This document shows, one piece after another, positions 26,090-36,322 of a DNA stretch of 64,000 nt. Every line of letters starts with the position of its first letter. The stretch's first letter is position 1. Source of the stretch: a virus; IMG/VR virus record IMGVR_UViG_3300030104_003613; one strand, written 5' to 3'. Both the position numbers and the translations under genes were made by a program. The notes below the pieces were generated by a model. It was given only the letters and a program-made list of their open reading frames with translations. It searched no databases and was not told where the DNA came from.

Positions 26090-27490
26090 TTAGTATAACT
26101 TACCAAAGGGTCCAAACTTATTACCTTTCTTGATAGCAAGGAAGACCATATCAGTCCACACCTCAAGTTGATCTTTTTCGGGGTTAATCTTATAAAGAGC
26201 ATTCAAAAATGACAACTGCATCAACTTTGAGTTAGCAACATATGGTTCTGTCAAGAATTTGTTTTCTATATTAGTGACAAACTCGTCACTGGTGTTAATG
26301 TCTGTATCTGCTTTTTTACTAACAAAATTAAACATCGTTACATATTCTCTCTTTTTCTTTCTAAAATCCTCTATGTTTTGAGGATAATTCTTATTTGACT
26401 TATCAAAGTTCTGTCCATTGTCCTTCAAGAGTTGAACAACCTGATCAACCTGTGCCTTACCACCCCTGGCAGCACCAGCACCAATCTGTGTTGCTTCCCA
26501 TTTCAAATTAGAGAAACTTTTAGAATCATTTGCCTTAATCTGAAACTTGTATCCTTGACCACCAGACTTTGTAAGTTTGACTACAGTATCTTGAGACATG
26601 TTGGCATCTAATCTAATTTTAGATTCCACATCAGGAAAGTTATAATCATCTCTTTCTTCTAGTGTGAGTTCCTTAACGTTAAACTCTTCCCACTTTGCCT
26701 GACTACCTGATACTTTTTTAAGAGAAACACCAACAACAATCTTTTTCTTAAACATCTCTCTCATGATTGAATTTAATTCTTCAATCGTTTGTGTTGTTTT
26801 TGATCCAGCAACATTATCCTCGATAACTTTTGTCACCGAAGCGACACTACCCTTGATGATCCACATATCAGCAGGATCCCAGTTGTCTTTCTTGGTGATA
26901 CCAAACTTTTGATTAACTAATTGAGAGATATAATCCATGAAAGAACCAGTTCCACTATGATCAAACACATCAAACTGTGCGGAACTATACAGTTTGAACA
27001 TGGTGACATGCTGTTTCCAGAAGACTTCCAACCATTCAAAATCAACAGAGGGATATACTTCCTTGATGCCTTTCATCGTAACATTATCTTCCATCATCTT
27101 TTCAACAGATGGCCATGTCTTATTGTCTTTTAATACACGCTCAAAGACATACGTTGATGCTTTCTCCTGCATCAATGTTGTCTTGGCATCTGCTTTCTTT
27201 CCACCTAGTGGTTTATATTGAATGACAGCACTTTTCACTGTTCCTTGATTTTGAAAAGGCACAACTGTGGCAGGAAATGATGACCCCGCCATCTTTGTCG
27301 TGGTGTAATCAAGTTTCATCTTATCAAAGTTCTCATGAATCTGACTGGCAAGTGCCATCCTATCAGGTGCGGAGAAGACATACTTCATACGCACCTTGGA
27401 TGATTCATCCTTTGTTTTAATAGAGGGATCTTTTAAGAACTGCTCAATGCCATCGAATACATCACGAGGTGTATTTCTTGAAATTGCCAT
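26090..27490 (-). CDS. Hypothetical protein, possible PD-(D/E)xK nuclease fold
   Basis: MQE...NWDPADMW...GVSLKK spacing. Confidence 0.7.
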   Translation of the reverse strand: MAISRNTPRDVFDGIEQFLKDPSIKTKDESSKVRMKYVFSAPDRMALASQIHENFDKMKLDYTTTKMAGSSFPATVVPFQNQGTVKSAVIQYKPLGGKKADAKTTLMQEKASTYVFERVLKDNKTWPSVEKMMEDNVTMKGIKEVYPSVDFEWLEVFWKQHVTMFKLYSSAQFDVFDHSGTGSFMDYISQLVNQKFGITKKDNWDPADMWIIKGSVASVTKVIEDNVAGSKTTQTIEELNSIMREMFKKKIVVGVSLKKVSGSQAKWEEFNVKELTLEERDDYNFPDVESKIRLDANMSQDTVVKLTKSGGQGYKFQIKANDSKSFSNLKWEATQIGAGAARGGKAQVDQVVQLLKDNGQNFDKSNKNYPQNIEDFRKKKREYVTMFNFVSKKADTDINTSDEFVTNIENKFLTEPYVANSKLMQLSFLNALYKINPEKDQLEVWTDMVFLAIKKGNKFGPFGKLY

Positions 27491-28605
27491 CAGTCACTCC
27501 AACTATCTACAATCTCCTGGATTCTTGCGAGTTCTGCTTCGGAGAACTGTACACTCTCGTTCTTTGGAGCGGGAGGAAGAGGTCTGCCATCAGGAAGAGT
27601 CTTCTTACCCATCTTTCTCTCATGGGCAAAGACATCAACTTTCTTCTTAGGTTTGCCACCACCACGAATCATAGCAGCACCTGTACCATATCCTTCCATG
27701 GTAGTACAATCTTCTTTACCGTGCTTGGGGCAATCTTCGCCTTTAGCATTGTGAGCACAGGCATCTTCTTTCATGCCTTTCTTGCCTTTCTTCTTATCGG
27801 AAAGAGCCTTCTTCATTGACTCCTTTTCATTACCATCCTTATCAAAGTCAAGATAATCAGGTTTTGCTGCTTCGTAAACAGACTTATAAGCATCTGCCCA
27901 TGATTCCTTCATGGACTTCTTCTTCATATTGGCTTTTTGATATGCCAAATAACTTCTGTCTTTACTACTCATACGAGCTTGACCTTGTGGTTTCTTTGAA
28001 CCACCAGCAGGGTTAGGACCAGTGTTCTGTGCTTTGTAGGAGTAGTTTGCTCCACTACCCTTGGAATCACCAGAGACCATCTTACCTGCCATAGAGCGAC
28101 TATCCTGATACTCTTTCTCAGATTGACCGTGCTTACCCTTGTAGAGTTCAAGTAGACCTGCCTTTACACCAGCACGGTCTTCTGCTACCAGAGCACTGTG
28201 ATGTTTTTGAATTCTCTTATCCTGATTAAATCTAGCAGACCAGGTTTCTTGAAGTTTCTTCGCGTGTCTATACTCAATAAATGATTCCAGTCTATTTGCT
28301 TTTGACTTGATACGATTAAACGTTTCAGTAAAAGCACCAAGGATTCTAGATAACTTTTTATTTCTTCCTACGTTCTCACCTTCTACAAGGACTTCAGAGA
28401 AAATACTTTCTACTCTCTCTAAAGTCATCTCCTCATTAAATAAGGTTTCACAGACTTCTTCAGCAATTTCACGAAGATCATTATCAGTGAGAGTCGCAGT
28501 GTTCATTTCACTTATGAGGTCTCTCTCAGAGTAATACTCTTCTTTTGCCTCAGAATTATGGACAGCGGCATATGCTCCCATAAAGTTACGCATTGCTGAA
28601 GACAT
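27490..28605 (-). CDS. Modular late protein (possible internal head protein)
   Basis: TATAAATA at 28629-28636; DFDKDGNEKE and CxH-x6-CxxH-x4-C modules. Confidence 0.75.
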   Translation of the reverse strand: MSSAMRNFMGAYAAVHNSEAKEEYYSERDLISEMNTATLTDNDLREIAEEVCETLFNEEMTLERVESIFSEVLVEGENVGRNKKLSRILGAFTETFNRIKSKANRLESFIEYRHAKKLQETWSARFNQDKRIQKHHSALVAEDRAGVKAGLLELYKGKHGQSEKEYQDSRSMAGKMVSGDSKGSGANYSYKAQNTGPNPAGGSKKPQGQARMSSKDRSYLAYQKANMKKKSMKESWADAYKSVYEAAKPDYLDFDKDGNEKESMKKALSDKKKGKKGMKEDACAHNAKGEDCPKHGKEDCTTMEGYGTGAAMIRGGGKPKKKVDVFAHERKMGKKTLPDGRPLPPAPKNESVQFSEAELARIQEIVDSWSD

Positions 28606-28628
28606 CTTCTTTACACATTACTTTTTTA

Positions 28629-28636
28629 TATTTATA
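28629..28636 (-). promoter_or_regulatory. T4 late promoter
   Basis: Exact TATAAATA. Confidence 0.8.
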
Positions 28637-28640
28637 TGTG

Positions 28641-28898
28641 TTATAGTTTTCCGTCAACAACGCCACTGTTAGCAATTCTTACACTGCCCTCTGGCCACCC
28701 ATCCTGTTCACATTTAAGATGCCAACGTGTCATGTCAACAGAAGCCTCCTTGGTCGGACCAGTTAACATCTGACGACCCTCCTTTGTCATCGTTGAGAAG
28801 AGACCAAATCGTGTTTCCCAGACATAGAAAACATCATCAATCAGTTCGCTTCCTTCAGGTATCACTGGAAATGTTTCAGGTGTCGTTATCGTCTGCAT
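28641..28898 (-). CDS. Hypothetical protein
   Basis: Likely start MQTIT; packed in operon. Confidence 0.7.
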   Translation of the reverse strand: MQTITTPETFPVIPEGSELIDDVFYVWETRFGLFSTMTKEGRQMLTGPTKEASVDMTRWHLKCEQDGWPEGSVRIANSGVVDGKL

Positions 28899-29103
28899 CA
28901 CTTTCCTCTTTTGTTTTGTTAAATCCAAATGGTCCTTCTTTTTCATCTAAAACAAGTTTCAAGGCAACACCACCGACTGCCTCCATAACTTTTAAGATAT
29001 CCTCTGCCTTGGCATCTTCACCAAGTTCCTTCGCAACATACCAATACTTAGGCCAGAATGATTCACCTGCTTTTTGATAATCTTCAAGCGTTAATAGTTT
29101 CAT
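28876..29103 (-). CDS. Hypothetical protein
   Basis: 75 aa; FWPKYWY and GPFGF motifs. Confidence 0.7.
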   Translation of the reverse strand: MKLLTLEDYQKAGESFWPKYWYVAKELGEDAKAEDILKVMEAVGGVALKLVLDEKEGPFGFNKTKEESDADDNDT

Positions 29104-29330
29104 TAGAATCCACCTCCTTTAGTTTTCTTTTTCTTTTTGATATGATTATTCATATCTACTTTTGATTCGGAAAGAATCTCTTTCAACCTTTCCTCATCAT
29201 AGGGATCGCAGAGTTGAATCATACGATCCAGAGCATATTGAAATTGAGAACCCTTACTCATTTTACTGAGCAAATAACGTGCTACATCGTATCTGAGTTC
29301 TTCAAGTTCATTGGGTGTCATCTTCGACAT
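29103..29330 (-). CDS. Hypothetical protein
   Basis: 75 aa ending KGGGF. Confidence 0.65.
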   Translation of the reverse strand: MSKMTPNELEELRYDVARYLLSKMSKGSQFQYALDRMIQLCDPYDEERLKEILSESKVDMNNHIKKKKKTKGGGF

Positions 29331-29514
29331 GACTCTTTAGCAGTTCTTCAATTTGTTCATCTAGATCAACGATCACAGTGCGAAGTTCCACAACTCTCGG
29401 TGGACAACAAGATGGATCATAGGTATAGATTTTAGTATCACGAAACAGTGATTCACGAACCGCAGCAGCAGTCCTTACGTCCATATTAAGTTTAATTCCT
29501 TTTCCGCAACTCAC
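29308..29514 (-). CDS. Hypothetical protein
   Basis: 68 aa coupled to the mazG stop. Confidence 0.6.
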   Translation of the reverse strand: MSCGKGIKLNMDVRTAAAVRESLFRDTKIYTYDPSCCPPRVVELRTVIVDLDEQIEELLKSHVEDDTQ

Positions 29515-29915
29515 AGGTCTCCCTCCTTTCTGTTTTCTGAATAGTGTACATCAAATGTGCCTTCTGGGTATCTGGCACTTAACTTGTCAACGTTCATCTG
29601 CATGAGTTCGTCGAAGTCAGTATCAAGTGCCATACACGCTTGCGCGATATACCACATGATATCACCAAGTTCTTTTTTCATGTGAATGATGTTTGCTTCT
29701 TCGTAGGGTTTGCCTTGAAGAAAGATCTTCTTGACAATCTCGGCAAACTCACCCGCTTCAGCGGTGATACCCAGAGCAGCAGTGGTCAACTTGGGAACAT
29801 CAGCACCTAATCCCTCCAGTTCGGCAAGTCGGGTAGCCAGATCTTGAAAGTAAGTGCTGGGGCGACTTGTCGTTTGAGCAACGAAGTCAATATATTTTAC
29901 GGGGTCAACGGTCAT
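29511..29915 (-). CDS. mazG: MazG-like NTP pyrophosphohydrolase
   Basis: AEAGEFAEIVKK, KELGDIMWY, KLSARYP. Confidence 0.93.
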   Translation of the reverse strand: MTVDPVKYIDFVAQTTSRPSTYFQDLATRLAELEGLGADVPKLTTAALGITAEAGEFAEIVKKIFLQGKPYEEANIIHMKKELGDIMWYIAQACMALDTDFDELMQMNVDKLSARYPEGTFDVHYSENRKEGDL

Positions 29916-29947
29916 AGTTTTAGATTAATGTGTTTTTTACTGTTAGG

Positions 29948-31318
29948 TTAGAACTTGAAACCTTCAAAAGATTTTCTTGGTTTCTCTTCTTGCTCATACT
30001 CGTCCTGCTTGCTCTCTAATAAGTCATCTTGTGCTGATTGTTCACAATCATACAACCGCATCTTTGCCCTGTCAATACCGACGACAAATCGTTTAAACAG
30101 AGTGATATCATTATACCTGTTCTTGAGTTGTTTTACAAGTATCTGTCCCAACTCTTCAAGCTCGTCAGTTTTAATAAGGGCAAACATAAGATCAGCAGTA
30201 GCAGGGAGGCCAAAGGACTCACTAGTATCAGTGAGTTCAATATCACTGCTGCCATAACCAGAGCGAGTGGTCTGCGTGGCAGAAACGATAGGGACGTTTG
30301 CCTCGCAAGCCAATCCTCTAAGTTCTTCAGCAATTGCTTTGACAACTGTATATGAATTGACATTGCTACCTGCGCGATATCTTTCGGAAGCACATATATT
30401 AAGGTAATCAATGAAAATAATATCAGGTCTAAATGACTTCTTAAGAGCAAGTTCGTTAAGAAGTGACCTGAAGTGACCAGCATGAGCAGATGCCGTGGCG
30501 TATTCTTTAATTATAAGAGTGCCCTGTGTTTTCTGGGCAACGTTGTTAACTTTGCTTTCAAACATCTGCTTGGGTAGATCAGCAATGTCCTGAATGTTAA
30601 CGTTCAGGAGATTGGCATCAATACGTTCGGCAATCTTTTCCTCCGCCATTTCAGCAGTGATATACAAGACATTCTTATTCTGAAGTAGAACAGCAGAGGC
30701 CATGTGACACATAAAGAGAGACTTACCAACACCAGTGCCAGCAAGAGCAATATTGAGTGTTTTGTTAGGAAGACCACCCTTTGTAATCTTGTTAAAGAAT
30801 TCAAGGTCGAACGGAATCCTAGACTCTTTCCTGTTGTATAAGTCATACCGTTCTTCGTAGTCTATTAAGTAATCGTGTCCGATATGATTGTCGAAAGATA
30901 CAGCAAGTGCTTCCGACATAATTGAAGGAATAGCATCTGATGTTCTCTTATCGTCGTTTCCATCAGCAATACCGATTGATTGAAGAAGTGCCAGATAAAT
31001 GGCACGATCACGACACCATTTCTCTGTGGTGTCCATCAACCAATCCTGATCTACAGGATCACTATCAAGGTAACTAATTAATTTAGAGATTTCCTTGAAG
31101 GTCTGCTCATTAATGTCATTACGCTTTTCGATCTCAATGTTCAGAACCTCCTTGGTCGGAATCTGATTGTATTGAGTTACAAAAGAATTAATCTCCTCAT
31201 ACACATTCTTCTGATTAGGATCTTCAAAGTATTCTGATTTGATAAAGGGAATTACTTTTCTCCAATACTCTTCGTTGTGAAGAAGGTTTCTCAAAATCAA
31301 AAATTCAATCTTATCCAT
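29948..31318 (-). CDS. gp41: T4-like replicative helicase
   Basis: AGTGVGKS Walker A, IDYLNI, SATQTTRSG, SESFGLP. Confidence 0.97.
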   Translation of the reverse strand: MDKIEFLILRNLLHNEEYWRKVIPFIKSEYFEDPNQKNVYEEINSFVTQYNQIPTKEVLNIEIEKRNDINEQTFKEISKLISYLDSDPVDQDWLMDTTEKWCRDRAIYLALLQSIGIADGNDDKRTSDAIPSIMSEALAVSFDNHIGHDYLIDYEERYDLYNRKESRIPFDLEFFNKITKGGLPNKTLNIALAGTGVGKSLFMCHMASAVLLQNKNVLYITAEMAEEKIAERIDANLLNVNIQDIADLPKQMFESKVNNVAQKTQGTLIIKEYATASAHAGHFRSLLNELALKKSFRPDIIFIDYLNICASERYRAGSNVNSYTVVKAIAEELRGLACEANVPIVSATQTTRSGYGSSDIELTDTSESFGLPATADLMFALIKTDELEELGQILVKQLKNRYNDITLFKRFVVGIDRAKMRLYDCEQSAQDDLLESKQDEYEQEEKPRKSFEGFKF

Positions 31319-31319
31319 T

Positions 31320-31877
31320 CTAATTTCCTTTCCAATTCCAGAGACAGTATGATGACATGATATATTTCTCACCCTTGGTTACGGGGGTGCCCTCATGTGG
31401 GAACAACCAGTAAGGAGGGAATACTACCACAGATCCCTTCTTTGGTTTGATTGACATTTCAGGATAAAAGATAGTTTCTCCGCCTTCAAAATCATCATTG
31501 AGATAGAATAGCATCGCAACGAATCTTTGACTAGTGTCAATGGATGCTACATCAGCATGTCTCTTGTATACATCATCAGTTCCACCAACATACTTTTTGA
31601 TGTTGGACCCCTCAAAGTCAAAGTCTCTTGTATTGAAGTGAAGACCATACTCACCTAACCATTCTTGATACTTACGAGCGATTGCCAAGTATACATTATG
31701 GAGTTTTTGTTCTGCTTTGGGATGATGATTACAAATGAAAAGATTGGTCCAGTTTGGATACCCTCCCTTTTCCAATCTATCTTTGTGTTCACTTTCTTCA
31801 AAGATTTTGATTAGTTCATCACAAATAACATCAGGCAGAACACCATCAATTTTTAGAACAAAGTCAAGTACATTCAT
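31320..31877 (-). CDS. 2OG-Fe(II) oxygenase
   Basis: HAD...FYLNDDFEGGET...HEG...KY. Confidence 0.92.
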   Translation of the reverse strand: MNVLDFVLKIDGVLPDVICDELIKIFEESEHKDRLEKGGYPNWTNLFICNHHPKAEQKLHNVYLAIARKYQEWLGEYGLHFNTRDFDFEGSNIKKYVGGTDDVYKRHADVASIDTSQRFVAMLFYLNDDFEGGETIFYPEMSIKPKKGSVVVFPPYWLFPHEGTPVTKGEKYIMSSYCLWNWKGN

Positions 31878-32878
31878 GAACCGTAGGAAAACTCCTCCTT
31901 CGCAATGACATCTAGTTTCTCCATAACTTCTGGAGTAAAATATGCTTCAGGATCTTTCAGAATCGCTTTGGCATATACTTTCTTGCCATCTATTTCATAG
32001 CGTCCTGCTACATTCTTCCATAGGCCACCAAGTTCGCCAAGCTCCAAGAGGCCATAATACCGATCAAGACCCCGCTCATCATAATACAAACGTATTGTAA
32101 CATCTTTATTCTCCTTGCTTAAACGCGACTTGTGCGTCTTAGCCTTGATAAGATTTCCGACAATTTCCGTTCCATCCTTTTCTTTTTTCTTTGAGAGATA
32201 AATGATCGTAGACGCGGCATACTTGAGGCCGCTGCCGCCTCCCATTTCCTTAGTAGGGACATAAGATCCAATGACATCGTAGGTATGATTCGTAACAATC
32301 ATGGGAATGTTTGCTTGACCAAGTTTCAGGGTGAGCATCCTGAAAGCGCCCTTGACAAGTTGCGATTTGGTCATGTCGCGAACTTGTTTGTCGTCAAGGG
32401 CATCACGAATTTCTTTCTCTGTGGAAAGCATTCCCAGAGAGTCTAGCACAAACATACAGGGTTTGCGATCCTCTGTGGGGGTCTTTAAATATATATCCAC
32501 CGCTTTCAGTGCTTTGGTTCTGAACTCTTCGATGGTAACGACATTAACAACGACGACGCGAGTAAGGTCAAGACCACGGCTCGCGAGTAGGGATTTATTA
32601 ACTGCGGCTTCAGTGTCAAAATAGAGACAGTAACCGTCAGGGTTAGAATCGAGGAAATTCTTAACAACCGCAAGTGAGAAGAAAGTTTTTCCAGTGCTAG
32701 ACTCGCCAGCAATGGCAGTAATCTTATTCCCAGATACGCCACCAAATATGCTACCTGAAACAACTCCATTAAGAATGTATGAACCCGTATCCACAAAGGT
32801 CTCTGTGTCGTCGATGTCTGCTGCGAGTTTTGTGTACTCATCTCCAATCTCTTTTACGATGTCTTTAAGGAAATCCAT
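31874..32878 (-). CDS. uvsX: RecA-like recombinase
   Basis: GESSTGKT, DSLGML, DMTKSQ, MGGGSG. Confidence 0.96.
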   Translation of the reverse strand: MDFLKDIVKEIGDEYTKLAADIDDTETFVDTGSYILNGVVSGSIFGGVSGNKITAIAGESSTGKTFFSLAVVKNFLDSNPDGYCLYFDTEAAVNKSLLASRGLDLTRVVVVNVVTIEEFRTKALKAVDIYLKTPTEDRKPCMFVLDSLGMLSTEKEIRDALDDKQVRDMTKSQLVKGAFRMLTLKLGQANIPMIVTNHTYDVIGSYVPTKEMGGGSGLKYAASTIIYLSKKKEKDGTEIVGNLIKAKTHKSRLSKENKDVTIRLYYDERGLDRYYGLLELGELGGLWKNVAGRYEIDGKKVYAKAILKDPEAYFTPEVMEKLDVIAKEEFSYGS

Positions 32879-35373
32879 TATCCAAAAAATAGTTCTAGGT
32901 TTACAACTTTCTCGACGTTCCATCCAATAGCGTCAAGTATGACCTTTACAGGTTCTAGGAATGCCTTGTCAAATTGTAAATCGTAATCGATATACTTGTC
33001 AAGTCCTAGTTCGTGTGGGAAATCCGAGATGAAAGAAATCACATTCTCTCTAATCGGATTCGCTTTCTTCAACATGACAAACTTAATCTTCTCACCATTA
33101 TTGATGAGAGAATATTTGTTTGACAATCCCTTTTCTTTTATATAGTGATTATAGAGCAAAGAACCACGAACATGCATAGGGCATCCCTTACCGTAAACAG
33201 TTACGGAATTCTTATGCTTATTAACATCACTCACAGTTCTAGGGAAGGCAATCTCCTCTGGAGACAGTTTCTTGAACTTTGCTCTGGCATCTTCAATGAA
33301 GTCAATGACCTCATCTTCTGTACCACTCATCATCAGGTGTAGGGCATCCTTAATCATTTTCCTACAAGGAGCAGGAGTAGACGACTTAACCGCCTCAATA
33401 CCCATCATTTTCAGTTTAGGTTCTTCGTACCGCACACCCTCACTATCCCACACGTTGAGGATGTATCTCTTCTTTGCAGTCCAGATGCCACGTTCAGCGA
33501 TATTCTCCCGCTTCATCTGCATCTTCTGCTCGTAGGCATTTACATACGTCGCAAGATCCTGATAACAGGATTCGATGAACGGTTCCAACTTGTCTTCACA
33601 GATCGTGTTAAGGATTTCCACAAGTTTAGTCGTTTCGCTAATACGACTACTATAAAATTTATCAACAAGAGGTCCGAAATTAATATAGATTGAGTCAGTA
33701 TCGGATGCGATAACATAATCGATACTATTTGTTTTGAGCAAGTTATTTATATACTCATTCACACGGTTCTCAATCCAACGGATAGAAGTTTGCCCAGAAA
33801 GGGTGATTGCTTCAGCGTTTGCTAATTTATAATAGCGGAAGTATTGATTACCAATCGCACCATAGGCAGAGTTGAGAGCAATCTTTTTAGCCATCTGAAT
33901 GTTGTTACATCTGGCAATTTCTTTCTCAAGTACCGCAGTGGGCGTCTTCTCATACTGCTGCTTGGCAGCGAGCATTCGTTTCTTGAAGATAACTCGTTCC
34001 GCATACATTTTCTCCATCAATTCAGGCAAGAATCCTTTGATATCCTTACGGAACATCGCACCGTTCGCGCAAACAGCATAGTCTTTATACATCTCAAAGG
34101 TAAGATCTTTATTCAAAATCTTATCGACAGTGACTGACGGATGTTTCTCATCGACCAGTGTTTCTGGTGAAATGTTATACTGCATCATCAAGTGAGGATA
34201 CAGAGAGTTAAGGTCAAAAGATACCACCCAGTCATACTTACCAGGTTTGGGTTCTTTCACATACGCACCAGCAAACTTATCACTCTTCTCCGACCTGTCG
34301 CGAGGAGGAATGACAATGTTTCTGTTCTTCAAATAGTTGTAGATGATACTGTCCCACATGCGAACTTGAAACATCACATCATTGTAGTTTACTTTGGCAG
34401 TGTATGCCATCGTTAATGCCAACTCAATTAGTTTCATCTTGTCTTCCATCCGGTCAACAAGTTCCACGTCAACAATGTTGTAGTCTACAAACTTCTTCCA
34501 GTTACCACGATAGAAATCTCGGAATGTATCAAACTCACTGTGGTCTAACTTCTTTTGACCGAGTTCAACTTCAGCAATATAGTCCAAGCGATAGGACTCT
34601 TGTGCCTTGTAAGTAAACTTCTTATACAGTTCCAGATAGTCAAGTGTAGCAACACCTTCCAAGTCAAAGATGTTAAACATGCGACCAGTGATCTGAATCT
34701 CCTCATGACGAACCAAACCCCATGGTGAGAGTTGCTTCATCTTCTTCTCACCCATGACACGGGTGATACGACCACACAGGTAAGGGATGTCATATAGGCG
34801 ACAGTTCCAACCAGTCACCACATCAGGTGTGTTTTGCTGCCACCAATACAAGAATGCCTCAAGCATCTCCACCTCTTCGGAGAAGTGATGATAGGTCACA
34901 TTTGCTTGTGTAGGAGCATAGGGGTGACGACCCCAGGTTATGATCTTCTTGGTGTTGTAATCCTGAAGTGAGATGGTCAACATCTCTTCAGAGCAGGACT
35001 CTGGATCTGGAAATCCATGCTCTGCCTGAACCTCAATATCAATCGTTACAAGATTGATTTTTGCGATGTCAAACTTAATTTCCTCTTCAGGATATTTCTC
35101 AGAGATATATTGACAGACATATCTGTCCTGCCCGTAAATCTTGAACCCATCAATATCATCATATTTACGATAGAAATCACGACAATCACGAACTGATCCT
35201 GGTTGAATCGGTTCTACATTATCACCTTCAAGTGTCTTCCACTTGCTTTCTCTTTTTGACTTTACATAAAGTGTAGGTTGATATTCTTCTCTGTATGATA
35301 CCTTTTTTCCATCCTCATATCCACGAAACAGAAAATTGTTACCAATCATCTGAACGTTGGTGTAAAACCTCAC
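32878..35373 (-). CDS. gp43: Family B DNA polymerase
   Basis: DIEV exonuclease motif, DLNSLYP, KIALNSAYG, DTDS. Confidence 0.98.
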   Translation of the reverse strand: MRFYTNVQMIGNNFLFRGYEDGKKVSYREEYQPTLYVKSKRESKWKTLEGDNVEPIQPGSVRDCRDFYRKYDDIDGFKIYGQDRYVCQYISEKYPEEEIKFDIAKINLVTIDIEVQAEHGFPDPESCSEEMLTISLQDYNTKKIITWGRHPYAPTQANVTYHHFSEEVEMLEAFLYWWQQNTPDVVTGWNCRLYDIPYLCGRITRVMGEKKMKQLSPWGLVRHEEIQITGRMFNIFDLEGVATLDYLELYKKFTYKAQESYRLDYIAEVELGQKKLDHSEFDTFRDFYRGNWKKFVDYNIVDVELVDRMEDKMKLIELALTMAYTAKVNYNDVMFQVRMWDSIIYNYLKNRNIVIPPRDRSEKSDKFAGAYVKEPKPGKYDWVVSFDLNSLYPHLMMQYNISPETLVDEKHPSVTVDKILNKDLTFEMYKDYAVCANGAMFRKDIKGFLPELMEKMYAERVIFKKRMLAAKQQYEKTPTAVLEKEIARCNNIQMAKKIALNSAYGAIGNQYFRYYKLANAEAITLSGQTSIRWIENRVNEYINNLLKTNSIDYVIASDTDSIYINFGPLVDKFYSSRISETTKLVEILNTICEDKLEPFIESCYQDLATYVNAYEQKMQMKRENIAERGIWTAKKRYILNVWDSEGVRYEEPKLKMMGIEAVKSSTPAPCRKMIKDALHLMMSGTEDEVIDFIEDARAKFKKLSPEEIAFPRTVSDVNKHKNSVTVYGKGCPMHVRGSLLYNHYIKEKGLSNKYSLINNGEKIKFVMLKKANPIRENVISFISDFPHELGLDKYIDYDLQFDKAFLEPVKVILDAIGWNVEKVVNLELFFG

Positions 35374-35639
35374 TTCAATAATCCTTCGTACTTGTCTTTT
35401 AGTTTACCAGTTGGTTCAGCAATGGTCAAGATTTTATCAGAGTGAATCATAAATGTGTTTTGATTAGTCAAGTCAACCAACCAAGGACTCATGGATCCTG
35501 TTCCATCAGGATTAATGACAAAAGGTTCTGTCAATTTACAATCAGGAGAACCCAGTTCAGACGTAACCTCTTCTATTTCACTGATCAAGACTAAACCAGT
35601 CATCATATAAAGAATTTTACAGTTTACGTTTTCGCTCAT
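35370..35639 (-). CDS. Hypothetical protein (small beta fold)
   Basis: 89 aa directly upstream of gp43. Confidence 0.75.
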   Translation of the reverse strand: MSENVNCKILYMMTGLVLISEIEEVTSELGSPDCKLTEPFVINPDGTGSMSPWLVDLTNQNTFMIHSDKILTIAEPTGKLKDKYEGLLK

Positions 35640-35791
35640 TTACCAACTCCATAATCAGGTGCTTTCAGTTCTAGTTCTGCGATTGTCTTTTGAAATTTCC
35701 TAATCGCTTCTTTTGCTTCGGGTGTTTCTTCCCACTCCCAAGATTCCTCACGACCTTTACTATCTGTTTTTTTGAATTCTTTTTTAGTCAT
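35636..35791 (-). CDS. Small hypothetical protein
   Basis: Manual: MTKKEFKKTDSKGREESWEWEETPE... 51 aa; ATGA overlaps on both sides. Confidence 0.7.
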   Translation of the reverse strand: MTKKEFKKTDSKGREESWEWEETPEAKEAIRKFQKTIAELELKAPDYGVGK

Positions 35792-36087
35792 GATTCTACC
35801 TTTACTTCTACTTTTTTCTCAACTTTTTGTTTGACTTCAACTGGGGGAGCAGGGATAGGATGATACCGTCGATACCGGGCAGTTTCAAAAGTCTCAAAGA
35901 TCTCCTCTGGATTGCCATAACAGATCTTCTTTCTAACTTCAACAATCTCGTCATAAGGGTCAGACTTAACGTCTGGCCACTCACGTTGAGCGTTTTCAGT
36001 AACTTGACGACTGATCACTTCATAATCAACACCGTCTCCAGAGACCGGTTGAACGCATTCCACATATTCTTTTTGTTTAGGTGCCAT
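35788..36087 (-). CDS. Hypothetical protein
   Basis: 99-aa ORF. Confidence 0.7.
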   Translation of the reverse strand: MAPKQKEYVECVQPVSGDGVDYEVISRQVTENAQREWPDVKSDPYDEIVEVRKKICYGNPEEIFETFETARYRRYHPIPAPPVEVKQKVEKKVEVKVES

Positions 36088-36089
36088 GA

Positions 36090-36245
36090 TCAGAAGGATT
36101 TGGTGTGAATGTCAAGTTCCCCATCATCAATGTGGGCGTGATCAATATGTTCAATGTGACCATGCACCATATTTATTGTGATGGTCCCACTCTCTAACAC
36201 TGTTGCTATCCTCTCAAGGGCATCAGCGATTCTGTCCTGGTCCAT
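36090..36245 (-). CDS. Small His-rich protein
   Basis: Manual: MDQDRIADALERIATVLESGTITINMVHGHIEHIDHAHIDDGELDIHTKSF. Confidence 0.7.
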   Translation of the reverse strand: MDQDRIADALERIATVLESGTITINMVHGHIEHIDHAHIDDGELDIHTKSF

Positions 36246-36266
36246 AATCATAGATCTTCTCTACAT

Positions 36267-36322
36267 ATCATAAAGCATAAAAAAGGGGGTGTCAACTGGA
36301 TTGTGCCAGTTCCCCCTCTGCC
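36267..36322 (-). promoter_or_regulatory. Sigma70-type promoter with CAG-N8-CTG element, embedded in a terminator
   Basis: GGCAG-N8-CTGGC, then TTGACA-N17-TATGAT. Confidence 0.8.

Noticed and set aside
15588-35373. Introns or inteins in nrdA, nrdB, gp41 or gp43
   Set aside because: All are uninterrupted and of ordinary length.
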